NCBI GenBank assembly: GCA_020536535.1
Contig: JAHLWZ010000373.1
Coordinates: 1-64,000, forward strand
Length of the DNA stretch: 64,000 nucleotides
Origin: Pelomyxa schiedti
Lineage: Eukaryota > Protista > Evosea
Reading direction: 5' to 3'
Shown: in pieces, positions 13,020 to 25,170 of the stretch
How positions within the stretch are numbered: position 1 is the first letter of the stretch
Layout of the letters: each line of letters begins with the position of its first letter
Notes under the pieces: generated by a model
The model's input: only the letters and a program-made list of their open reading frames with translations
The model's database searches: none
What the model was told of the DNA's origin: nothing
Translations under genes and position numbers: made by a program

Positions 13020-15758
13020 ATGGGGCTGCATGTTGGGGTTGTGTCACTCGTGGTCGTACTTACGGTGTCGTGTTTGTTGCATGTTGATGCATCTGTGACG
13101 TACACTGCTGGTTGCCTCAAGACATCTAGTGGGTCATTCCAGGTCTGTAGTATCTCCTGTTTTGCCGACGCGAAGCCCTTTTTTTTTTTCTTTTGGATTT
13201 ACACTTGTTTCACGCACTGGGGACATTTTAATGAGTGTGGTGCACTTCAAGTTCGTATTAACATTGTGAAAGATTGTCTTGGATGTTGGTCGTAACTCGC
13301 AGTACCTTGCGTGGGCTCAATATAACGACTCGCTGGATGACGTTGGGTGGGGCACTTTGCACGTTCATGCCTCACATGACGAGAGCCACACTGACGATGA
13401 CCTGATGTACTGCGCCGGCCTGGTGGAAGGCAGTCACCATTCTTTGTTAGGAGAGTTAGCGGCTGACATTGATTAGGAGCTTTGACACACACCAGAATGT
13501 CACAACATTATAAAATTTATGCTGACGGTATCTTGTCTGACTTTGGCACCACCACATGGCCAGATGATTTAATTACTTACATGAATGACAACATTGATTA
13601 CACAAACAATATGATTTCCGCTCATGTGTGTTTCCATTCAATGGGTTGTTTGCTGTTTCCCCTTTTTGTTAAGTAAAAAAATAGGCTGCCTCTGATCCAT
13701 GGTGGCGACAAGCTGGTTATGTGGTTGCACACACAAATGGCATTTTGGATGGATATCACCTATATCAATTAGCAGGCGAACAAAATATAAGGTTAACTTC
13801 TTTTTACTCTCAACAACAATTCTCATTATCTCAGTTATGTTGATATGTGGATCTATCAGTCTGCAGGTGATATGGATGACATTAGTCTGTTTATTTCACC
13901 AAGCAATTGGGTTGAAACTGCAAGTATGGTTCCATTTGCCTAGGTACTAAATTCATATTCTCCTAGATGGGAAGCATATCAAGGCTCCAAGTGGGTGGAC
14001 GTAGTGGGCGTTTTTCTTTAATTTAATGAATTTAGGTGACCAGTGGTATGACACACATCATCATTGCTCTGGAATGGTTTTCCTTCCAAGTGATTCTAGT
14101 GATATCTACTTTGCCCAGGTTTCTCTTTAATTTTAAACAAAAATCGTCTAAACCCCCATCAGGATTCTTGGTCTGCAATCAATACCATGAATAGAGTTCT
14201 GAAGGTTGTAGGATCCTTTCGTGTCGCGCACTCATTTCCAACCACAGGAGTACGATTTTCAACTCACAGAGCCGTCAACAGCCTCCACTAAATGGACTTT
14301 TTCATCCCACCCTGGCCTTGGATATTCTATGGATGACTTCTGGGAATTAGACTCTGACTTACTTGTTCTAGAGGTATTCATGCCTTGCCTAAATTTTTAT
14401 CTTATTCTCTTTAGACAACTTTGCACAACTGGAACACAACTTTGTATGAGTTATACTGCACACCAAGGGTTTGTTTTTCCCCTACCTTCAGCCGTCTAAA
14501 CAACAACTCCTCGGTATTTAGACCATTCTTTGCTGGCTTAGAGTTCAGGTACCTTTTCTTTCATTCTTTGCACAAATAACACACCTCCTTAGATCGCCAA
14601 TAGGTTTATTTCAAATATGTCTTTTGTTCACAGAGGTTATTGACCTCCCATAAGGATGTCCTCTGACGGTAGAACTTGGTGCAGTAACTTCATACGAGAA
14701 GTGTGCCTACTATTCCCACTTGATAACCTCTGACTCTTCTAACAGAACTCTGGAACGTACAATAATCAATATGTAGTATGGTCTTTATCGTTTCACAAGT
14801 AATGTCTTGTAGTTTGTTGTTGACACCAAGAAATTCACTCCTGGCACTAAGCCCACTTCTGGTCTTCTCTGGGCTATTGAACAACTTCCAGGAGAGTATG
14901 TGGCAATTTTTGGAGTGTAATGAAACATTAACAACAATAATCATTAGGTATGAGATGGGGGATAGAACAGCTGAGTTGGTTGCAAATACTTACGTGCCAA
15001 GCTACAACACCCCTTTCTTCACTAAAATTTATAACGATGCCGGCTACCCGGAGAAAGGTTCCGCCGGAACAAGGTTATGTTCACACTAACGAGAAGTAGT
15101 TGAAGAAACACAGAGCAACTACTGGACCTACTGGAACAACAGGTTAGTTATTCAGCACAAGTAACCAAATAATAACACTTTACAAGTCGAATGCTCATCA
15201 CTGAGCGCGATTTTGCTTCTATCGATTCTTATGAGGCCTTTAAGGTTTGTTGGGTCTCACAGGTCACTTTTTTTTACCTGTCTTGCATACAACAGTCCTT
15301 CATGAGATACAACGATTGGGAGAACGACCCCCTGTCCAATGAAGACCCCGCAGAATCTATACAATCGCGTTATGATCTAAGACCCGACAGCTGTATTCCA
15401 TCTGGTACGGGATGTTACAACAGACTTCTGCAATCTAAAATACTCTAACAGGAACCATGAACCTCTGCCCTAGTGCTTTTGCAGGCCTGGATGCAAAAAC
15501 GACAAACTACCAACTATCACAGAATTTAATGTTTGATGCCATCAGTAGCCCTCAATATGAAACACAGCCTGTCTGGGTGTTTGGTGTAAGCTTTTCGATT
15601 CCTATTGTCATGAGCCTCATTCACACCCCTAGGTTGGGAAATGGGCTGATGTCGAATGGGATGGGCTTCCTCAAGTCTGGAAGGTACACCCTTTTTGTTT
15701 GTTTCAAGTCCCTAATGAACTACAGTTCCCTTGGATTCAATTTGCCCCAGATAAGTAG
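13020..15758 (+). CDS. Phospholipase B-like (PLBD/laminin-A family, Ntn-hydrolase), secreted/lysosomal, multi-exon
   Basis: N-terminal signal peptide. Motifs GWGTLHV..LMYCAGLVEG, nucleophile segment HHCSGMV..IYFAQ, FSSHPG..SMDDF, SYNTPF, MRYNDW..DP..I.SRYDL and GLDAK. Stop TAG 15758. Confidence 0.92.
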
Positions 15759-15937
15759 AGGCTCCATAAGCACCGACCTGGGAATGGGACCAGGGACCTC
15801 CCTCTTTGCTTTGATTGAATCTTTCCTGCTTCCCAACCAGTTCGGCGGAGAAAGTACAGCAATTCTAAAAGGTTCGGAAAGAACAGCAGCTAGTAGCCGA
15901 TTCTTTCTTTTTTTCTTTTTTTTTTTTTAAAAAAAAA

Positions 15938-16540
15938 GCGCTCACCACGTGCTGGTGAGCGCCGACGAGACACTTGGGTGAGTGTGCTCGCCGTAGTAAG
16001 TTTGGTTGGCACTTCGGTGAGTGCATGTTGTTTTTGGTTGGATAGAGCCGCCTGCTTGGGTAGGTAGGTTGCTCGTAGTTTTATTTTGAGTTGGTTTGCC
16101 GCGGTGGGCAGAGGGAATGCTGTGTGGGAAGAGAGCAATAAGACGAAGAAAGAGGGCGTTTATAGAAAGAGAGCACCGGTTACAGCCGAGAGCGAGTCAG
16201 CGGGTACCGACAAGTCCTCTCGATGGCAAGCAAAAACACATAACAATAGGGTTGAAAAAACAAGGTTGTTTTTTTCTTGTTGGTTCGAGCCGCCTGCCTG
16301 GGAGGCAGGTTGCTCATAGTTGTTGACACCTCGGTGGGTGTGCTCGTTGTAGTAAGTTGGTTCGAGCCGCCTACTTGGGTAGGTAGGTTGCTCACAGTTG
16401 TTGACACCTCGGTGGGTGTCTCGTAGGTTGTTGGTCACGCCTACTTGGGTAGGTAGGCTGCTTGTAGTTTTAGTTTTTGACGCTTCGGTGAGCGCCTGTT
16501 GTTTGTTAGTTGGTTAGAGCCGCCTACTGGGTTAGGAAAG
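15938..16540 (+). repeat. Intergenic array of two alternating short hairpin motifs (A: GAGCCGCCTRCYTGGGTAGGYAGGTTGCTC; B: GACACYTSGGTGRGTGT), about 78-nt period in the 3' half, preceded by a perfect 10-bp-stem palindrome
   Basis: A copies at 16045, 16287, 16364, 16438, 16517. B-like copies at about 15969, 16009, 16097, 16325, 16403, 16479. Palindrome GCGCTCACCA-cgtgc-TGGTGAGCGC at 15938-15962 follows a poly(T)/poly(A) tract. Confidence 0.9.
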
Positions 16541-16689
16541 GTAAGGGTGACAAAGGCTAATTATTGCCGGGTCTATAGTATAATATGTGCATGGTAAAAA
16601 ATCGAAATTCAAAATCTGGCCAAGGTTGTAAATTTCCAAAACAAAGATAATTCGTGGGCGCTCACACACTTCCAGAGGGTGTGGCTTCA

Positions 16690-17500
16690 GGGTTGCATAA
16701 TCTTTCTTGGATTACGGTCAAACTCAAAATGTGTCTTGGGAGCAACCACTGCTGGATATGGGGAAAGGGGATATGAGGCAACATCAATGGGACGGGGAAA
16801 AAACCAAACAAAGGCATACCAGGCCGGCTGAGCAACAATCACCAAGTAGGAATCGTGGAATCTTTGCACTGTTGACTGTTCCCTGGTGCCAAGGCAAAGC
16901 AGGTTTTTCCACGACGGCATTTGGAAGGCGTGTGTTTTGGCTGCGTGGATGAGTTGAGGGTAACCTTATTGAAGCAATCCCCATAGGTTTTGAAGTTATT
17001 CCGGTGCATTTTTGAAGTTGATGTTGCATGGGGAAATTTGAGAAAAGCATCGTTACTGATCCCTTGGACCCAATGTGTTATGGCTTGCGGTGCTCCAAGT
17101 GTGGAGGGTGCTCTCTCTACTGTTCAATGAAGTCATGTGATGGAATGGAAGCAGTAACTCACCAAAAATAGAAGTAACTTACCAAAAATTCAAAGTTATC
17201 TTTTCCATAGAGAACGGATCATGAGAGTCTAGATTCTTAACTGGGAGCGAACTTTGTTAGGATCTCTGCCACCCATATCTTAGATATTCATTTCAAGCAT
17301 ACTGGATGTGTACTCATTCCTCGGTAGCCACGAGTAAAATGCGCAAAGATTTAGTCGCGATTGTGCAGTGAGAAGATTCCCGAAACGATAGCCGACGACA
17401 GGGCTAAAATATTCCCACAATCCACAACAATTTCGGGCGGTATCAAACAACCTCCGCGTGTAATAATGGGAACGGCCGTTCGCCCGAGCCTCGAAAGCCA
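16690..17500 (-). CDS. Possible small spliced hypothetical gene or gene relic; boundaries unresolved
   Basis: A CTAAC...CCCAG acceptor, GTAAGT/GTGAGT donors and short open frames occur on the minus strand, but no clean model could be built. Confidence 0.25.
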
Positions 17501-17865
17501 GCATATCCTTTACCGCCGTCAATTGTGCGTGCTTGGCAGCGGCAGCGGCGGTCCTTCTTCCTTCCTCGCGTGCCTCTTCGTAAACTCACAAATCATTGAA
17601 CTCCTCCTTCTATTGGTGGCTGTAATATCCGCTTGGAGCATAGCCAAAGGGCCAGTCCCTCTCGTCTCACCCCCAAGCTGCAGCCGTCGTAGAAGATTCC
17701 GATGCTTCCGCGTCTACCTTTTCTCCCGTCTTTGGGTCCTTGCGTCTGATGCCAGTGGGCAGTACGAAAAAAAAATTCTTCGACACCCAACTTGTGCTGT
17801 ACGTAAGAACGGAAAACAAACAAAATCAATGTTGGTGCGCAACAGGTCTTGAATACGATAGTAAA

Positions 17866-20800
17866 ATGCAGGGCAGTAATGTCAACAACGATGTTCAAAG
17901 GTAGTGACCAGAGAAATTTTTGTTACTCATTCACGCACGGAATGCAGAGTAGGGAACACCTCGGACATCAGGGAATGGATTGTGGGAGTATTGGGGCCGA
18001 GCGAGGTTAATTTAGATGAGGGTGTTGATTTCCCAAATTCTCTCAAATCGGGGGAGCTATTGTGCCAGTATGTCTTTTTTATTGCCCCTATTTCTTTTTC
18101 TAATGTCTGTAGCTTGATCAGCAAGTTGTACCCTGGATGTATTTCTGACCTTTCAGCAATTGAGTGTCCAAGCCCAGAAATAAGAATACAAAGTTATCTT
18201 AAAGCATGCTCAGATATTGGCATGCATCCAACTGACACATTTTTACCTGAAGATATTGTGCTGGAATCGAACTTGCCTCTAGTATAGTTGTCTTTATTTT
18301 CCTGCCTTATATATTCGTTAATTTTTTCCCCTTAGGTATTCAAAAACCTAAGAGCCCTTGCAGAAATGCACAAGGGAAGTACTGTGACACAAGAGACACC
18401 AGGTACACCACTGCAGTCCAATAGCCCTTCTTCTGTGGAATCCAAGGACGAACTTGCACCAACATTTCCTGATGAAATTTCTCCAGAACATAATGAATTG
18501 GTGGCCTGGGTATGCAAATGAGAACTCAATTTGTAATGTCAATCCTTTGACTATCAAAAAAAGGCAAATCTATACCTGTCTAAAGCAAATCCCCCTTGTA
18601 CTCTAGAAAACCTTAGCACTGATATCCGTTCAGGTTTAAAACTGCTAAGGCTTCTTGAGGTATGACAACTCCAACAAACCGTTAGTTTCCGTACCTTATG
18701 CAATGTAAGGTTTTGACCAAAGAGCCATTGGCTTCAGTCTACCAGCTCTCAGAAGAACCCACTCTCTGGGAGAGACAACAAGCTTCAGAATTGGCCCTAT
18801 CCTTAATAGAGCAGCACACACTATCTAAAGTTGAATGCTGCTCTGCCGTTGGTACTTAACGTAATGCCATCAACTCCATTAAACATGCTAGATATCATTT
18901 CCGGAAATAGTCAAAATGTGGCTAAGCTGTTTTCACTTCTTCGGGACAAATATGACTTGGACTACCTTTATTTCAAAGTTGGATAGTATCAACTGATCTA
19001 CATTCCTTCTTACACCCACTAGGTACTCAACGAACGGTACTCGGCAAGGACTTCACTAACGGACAGCTATTCACAGTAACATCACATAACCTTCCAACGA
19101 AGTGTAAGAATACCATAATAGGTCACAACCAAGTGACTCTAGTGACACTGAAGTGGACTTGACCCAAGCTGAAGAAGATCCACTTGGTAGTGAGCAACAA
19201 CTTCCCCTTAAAACAAGACCAAGATCCAGAACGATTGGCGGGAGAATGAGCCTAGAGCTGCACGGAATAAAAAATGGCTTTCTAGCCAGCAGTCTGCGGG
19301 ACAGCGCGGATGGGTCACGAGAGGACAGCAGTGAGGGATTGCGATTGAGCAGTAGCAGTTTTGACGATTTCGATATGGACCTGGAAATTGCTCGACTTGA
19401 AATGATGCAAGAAGACTCCCCACAATTAGAGAACATGAAAGTACCCAAGTGCAAGAATTTGGACCTTTTGTTTGATCTAGAGCCCATCCCAAGCCTCCCG
19501 AGTGGCTCTACATTTTCAGGAATTCTTGATCACTTGAATCAAATTTGTAAAATAGACCTTTCCAGTGGGGAGGCAGAGGCAAATCAATCTGAGGATGTAC
19601 GAAACGAAATTATACGAGTAGTTACTGAAGAAACAAAGAAAGTTATGGCTCACACAAGGAAACTTGCTGAAGAGCATGTAGAATCATGTACCAAAAAGAT
19701 TCTTGAAGATATTTGTTCCAATAAATGCGAAAGCGTTTCTTACGGAAATTTGGATCAGACAGCACCTTTGCCCTCTTTCGAGAAACTCAAGCAAGAAATT
19801 GACTCAATTGAAAGAGAGGTAGCTGAAACTGAGATGACTCTGAAAAAGATTTCAGAAGAAAAAGCAAGGAAAAAACTTGCGAAAGAAGACAAACAAGTAC
19901 AAAATATCAAGTCAATTAAACATGTCAGGCAACCCTCACGTTCTGGCATCACTGTTAGTGGACGTGCCAGTCACAGAAGGACAGAATCAGCAGTAAAAAC
20001 ACCACTGTATGCTCATAAACTACAGTTACGGCAACGGCAACACCAAAGCCCAACAGCAACAAGAACCTCTCGAAGTCTTTCGGTAAGTGAAGATGACCAG
20101 GCGGAAATTGCCCAAGCCGCTGTGCGGAAATGTGTTGTTTCAGAGCTGCTAGATACAGAGCGCAGCTACTTGCGACATCTCCAGACGGTATCAGCTTTTA
20201 TAGCCAATGTAAGACATAAGAATGTACTTGGGGATGAAGAAATAAGATCAGTTTTTTCCAACTGGGAGCAACTGGCTGGGGTTCATGAAGTACTGGTAGG
20301 CGAGCTTACAAAAAAGTATGACTCCTGGTGCCCAAATACAACTATAGGCGATATATTCCTCACTAATGTACTTGCTACCTTTTTCTGCCACTAAGAATTC
20401 TTATCACAAATTCAAGGGGAAGGAGTTTTTAAAATATGAGTCCTACTTGCATAACTATGCAGCAGCGACGGTATCATTGCACTACTTGAGGCAACGCGAT
20501 CCAAAGTTCGCCTCCCTCATCCAAGTAGCTATTTCCTTTCTTAGGCACCTTCTCACTCCCTGTAAGCAATTCCATCAACAACAAACGGAGACCCACTTCG
20601 AACTACAAGCTTTTCTGATTATGCCAGGTGAGCAGACCAATAATTTACCATTATTCACCAGTTTTCCTACAGTACAAAGGTTGCCCAGATACTTGGTATT
20701 TCCGTTCCAATTATTGCAATCTGCTCACCCTATTTTTCAGCTACTCCTCGAAAATATGCAAAAATATACCAGTCCGATGCATCCGGATCGGCAAATGCTG

Positions 20801-21566
20801 ATCGACGCACATAAATATGTTCTTGAAACAGTTAACCTTCTTAATTCCGGAATTGACCCATCACTGGCTATTCGAGCACGAAAACTTGTTTCGGTGGCCT
20901 CTAGTATTGCTACTGATGATCCTACGGTATCACTTCGAATCCTTTCTCCACTGATTCATCACCATTCCAGCCTCTCGTAATTCCGAACCGTACTCTAGTA
21001 AGGTTGAGCCTCCTCTCTAAATTAGACTTTTAGTATTTCTTTGTTGTTTACAAATTCGCAGAGAGGGGGCCATCGAGGTGAAACTTCAATGGACTCCTTC
21101 CCTGGACAAGTCAATTCCAGCACCGCCTAGAATTCCCAAGCACAAGTCCACACCCTATATTTTCCTTTTTAATGATTTGCTCCTCTACTGCGACCAAAGT
21201 ACTCTTCCATTCCATGGTTTCAACTTTTTCTAACACAACCACAGTGAAAGCACCAAAGGATGGGAAACTATTCACTTTGCTTGAACTGATTCGGATAGAC
21301 CAAATAAAAAATGTACCTCCTTACACAGTCACATTTCACTCCCTAACTTCCCTTCCCATAAGGTGGTTTGCACGGCCACCTCTGTCCACATATCCCTGGG
21401 TGCTGTTTCACAAGCCAACACATGGATTCTCACCCCACAAAAATCCAAATCCCCCACAAGCAACCTGTCACTTTGGGAGACAGACATCAAGTCCCTGGTC
21501 ACAAAATCACAACAATCAGCAACTCACACCGTCACAACACTGGTCATACCACCTAATACACCCTGA
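17866..21566 (+). CDS. RhoGEF with tandem calponin-homology domains, coiled coil, DH and PH domains
   Basis: CH1 (DIREWI..LKSGELLC..YLKAC..G), CH2 (LVAWV..NLSTDIRSGLKLLRLLE), DH (VVSELLDTERSYLRHL; FLIMPVQRLPRY; KYTSPMHPDR) and a PH-like end (LSLWETDIKSL). Confidence 0.88.
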
Positions 21567-21699
21567 CTACTGTAAATGTGGCGAGGTGTCATGGATTTCT
21601 ATACTAGCTTGATCATACGCAACCTGGCGCCACCGTAAACTTTAAAAATTGAAATTGCAATCAAGCTCACGCAAAACAGGCAACCAACTTGGTTGCCCT

Positions 21700-21934
21700 A
21701 ATAACTCGGCACAGGGGTGTGTCTTGGGGGGTTGCGGTGCTGGGTTTCCCGCGGGTGGTTCTTCTCCTGCAAAAGTACAAGTGAGTGTTACTATTCAAAG
21801 TCAGGAAAAGCACACTTTAAAATGGTTCCAGCAGTAGTTGGACCCACACACCACAACCCCAACAAGCTTGTTGTGCACAATAACTCAGCACAGGGGTGTG
21901 TCTTAGGGGGTTGTGGTGCTGGGTTTCCTGTGGG
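21700..21934 (+). repeat. 56-bp direct repeat (21700-21755 and 21879-21934) encoding NNSAQGCVLGGCGAGFP(A/V)G
   Basis: Direct alignment shows 5 mismatches in 56 nt, all transitions. Confidence 0.9.
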
Positions 21935-22777
21935 CAGTGATTTTGGGAGGAGATGATACACTTTTTGATAGGGAAAATCACCACCCACTGATCCAGATAT
22001 GTAATGAACTTGATGCTTGAAAGAAGAAGTAATGAAAAATGAGTATGCATCACCACTGCTCTTAGTGCTAGACTGCTATTTGTTCCAATGACTGCCCTTT
22101 TCAGTGATTCATCCCTGAACTCTGAGATTAAAGCATGAGATGGTGTACATTACAAGAAGATTATTGTGGAGATAAATGGAAGTCAGATGCAGTACAAATC
22201 TTGGAGAAAGTCTACCCACACCAAGCAATTTGTGTTGGAATCACCTTGGGAAGAAGGTTGGATTTACCATTCTCGAACTTATGTATGCCAATTGAGACAA
22301 TTGAGATACAGGAACTTAGAGAGGAGTGCTACTTGGCAGGGGGTACACTTCTGGAATACAAACAAATTCCAAATTAAAATTTAAAGAAACCTGGTGTGGT
22401 GCAGGGGATCACACCTCGCCACACCTGGTCCTGATTAATGTGGAAAATCCCAACTTGGTCAGCTGTATTGGCCTGCTGATTCAAGTGGGCCATAGTGGCT
22501 CAAGCTAAAGCAACAAAGTAATAAACTCTTGTGTAATTCGGGCTTCTTTCTCCCTTACACAAGTAAAACAACAACCATCATCAATTGAATCTCCCTCAGG
22601 GTCCCAACAGATTCGGGGTCGTTCTCCCAGAAATCCATCAGGGATTAGAACCGTACTTAGAACTACAGCGACTCGAAGTCACCTCGCCACAAACACCCAA
22701 TTTCTCTTGATCCAAGTCACCAGACGCACCCTCCTAAACAGAAGAATTTCGTACTGGTACCACGAGAAAAGTACACG

Positions 22778-24240
22778 ATGGCCCACGTGCGCTTGTACCG
22801 ACTTCCCCAAGGGGCCGACGCGCCGTACGTGCCGCCCAGCGGCGAAATAGCATACGCGGTGTTGTGGGCGGACCAAGTGACCTCGTTCCTCCTCGTACGC
22901 CACCCGCGTTGCGGCGCCCAGTCGTGCCTGTGGGGCGTGCCCCTGCACTGGGTGGATGGCGTCATGTCGCAACTGTGCAGATTCGAGTGCCTGGAGATGC
23001 GGACCAGGGTGTACCAGAGGCACTCGTGGGCCAAGTACGCGAGCGTGGTTGTGTGCCCTGCTACGCTGGGGATAGTCGGCATGGTGTCCCAGCTGGCCGA
23101 GGTCCACATGCCCGCGAATTTTGTGGACGACGACACCTCGCCGGGGCCGTGGTGGGCCGGGGCAGGCCCCACGGCGTACCTGCATGCAGTGGAAAGGAAG
23201 CTGCGGCTGCAAATGAGTGCTGAGCATCTCTTTGGGAACAGATTCCCCTGGGAAAATGGTGAGTGGGGGGTGCTCAGCACAAAAACAGGGAGCTTTGTGC
23301 CGGTGGGTTTGTTGAGCGGGGGAGAGAGACATTTGGGAACCGCGTGCAATGAGAGGTGGATTGCGCAGTCTGGTGACAGCGGCCTGGTGCTTATCCAAGT
23401 TGAGAGCGGGAACCCTGTTGGGTCGTGTGTTGTGCACTTGGAAGGAGGGTGTGGAATTCACACAAAGTACAATCCTATCAGTTTTGTCAGTTCAGGGATT
23501 CTCTCTGTGACCAAGCAGGTCTCGGAAAAAGAGTTCATATTTATGCTGGTGGATGTTGAGAAATCTTTCTCTTCGAGAGCCGCTGTGGTTGTGAGAAGTG
23601 TTCCTGTAAGTTTGCCGCTCCCTTTTCCTCTGCCAAGTCCCTTTAGTCAACCGCCTTTATGCTGGTGGAGAGACCACTTTATGATTGCCGTGTTTTGCTT
23701 CAAACGTGGAGGGTTTAGCACAGTTCAAATCAGCGTCATCGACTTCCCGTCTGAGTCTTTGACAATCATGAACACCACGACGGTGAATGTGCAAGAGTTC
23801 TTTGCATTCAATTCATCAATCGGGTGGATCAAAGATTCAAAACCGGATCAACGCGCTCTTGAGCTGTGGAACGTAGACAACCTCACTAAGCCGCCTTGTA
23901 TTGTAAAGGTATCCGGCCCGACTTCTGTGTACCCTTGTGGAGACTATGCACTTCTCAGTCCAGGTTTTCCCTGTTCTAGATATTAAAAAAAAAACGATGC
24001 TACAATCCAACACCTCACATGAAATGTCAACAGAAGACTCCCTTTTCGACTCTCTTATATGCGCAAGCACTGGTACTGTTTTGATGATACTGTCATTCTT
24101 CAAACCTAAAACAAATTTTGGGGTGGAGTGGCTTAAACATGTTCCCTCATGCCGGGGAACTCTCCCAGTTCTCCCGAAAGCTTATGCCACCTCTTCACAT
24201 TCCTGACTTACAGCTTTTTCCAAAGAATTCATTGAAAAAT
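22778..24240 (+). CDS. Hypothetical protein of the 'HPRCG' F-box-like-motif family with a beta-rich C-terminal region
   Basis: 402-aa ORF containing FLLVRHPRCGAQSCLWGVPLHWV. Likely short spliced 3' exons (LICASTGTVLMILSF). Start and end approximate. Confidence 0.6.
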
Positions 24241-25080
24241 AAAGATTCCATCACCTGGTCGAAGAGGAAAAAATAAATTACAACTTGGTACCCGTCATCG
24301 CACCTCGGCCACCTCGACGCCATAAGCGTAGCAGAGTATGGTGCGGTGTGCTCACCGAGTTTGGACTACAAGAAATCCACTTCATCAATGCTGCGTCATC
24401 TCCGTGATGTTCACTCAGAATTAGCACTGTGGTTTTTCTTGTGACTGTGTTTTACACGGTAAAGGAAAATGCAACATTTTGTGCATAGCCAACTAGCATC
24501 TCTTGCACACATTCTCTTGTGCCAGAGCAAGCACTGCCGCTATTGAACGAGTGTGGAGTCAAGCACGATGCTCTGTTGCAAATTACGAAGCCAATTGCAT
24601 CCACACCTGCTAATGGGTTTAATACAAAGCTTTACACAACATGGCCACATGAGAGAGTTACAGATTTTTTTAAAAAAACGAACTAAACGAAGCCACCCGA
24701 TGGAATTAAATTTTGTATTTTTTTTCCTTCCTACTTTTCCCCTTAAACTTCGGAGGGGATAGGCTCCGCTCCCTTGGGACTGTTTTTTGTAGGAGTGTTA
24801 CAATCGTCATCACCTCAGAGAGTTCCACAATCTCATCTCCCCAGAAATGCGGAAAGAGACTTTGCTGGGATCTGAGCCGATCTGCTCCTGGTGCAAAGGG
24901 GAAAAAAAAAAAAAAGAGGCAAAGTCACTTTACAACTGCGTTTTAACAAAAAAACAAATAACCAACTGTGTTGCACTCTCCGTGCCGGCTCCGTAGGTGA
25001 CGAAACGACAACCACAGCCAACGCAACAGCTACCGCAACACCCAATTCTCTTGGCTGGGCTAGGCTCCGACTGTTATGAC

Positions 25081-25170
25081 GATTGCGACTGCGACTGCGA
25101 CTGCGAGTACAAACACAGGCGCAACCGCAACCGCGATCGCAATCGCAAACGCAACCGCAATCACAACCGA
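25081..25170. repeat. Hexanucleotide microsatellite cluster: (GACTGC)n and (CGCAAC/CGCAAT)n
   Basis: gattgcgactgcgactgcgactgcga followed by gcaaccgcaaccgcgatcgcaatcgcaaacgcaaccgcaatc. Confidence 0.8.

Noticed and set aside
15938-16540. CRISPR array
   Set aside because: The inter-repeat segments are themselves homologous (motif B), the repeats vary, no cas genes are present, and the context is eukaryotic.
16520-16550. Telomeric repeat (GGGTTAGG)
   Set aside because: A single imperfect unit that is part of a degenerate hairpin copy.
22016-22510. Independent small gene (ORFs 22135-22377 and 22326-22508)
   Set aside because: No recognisable domain or clear start; it may be a relic linked to the 21700 repeat.
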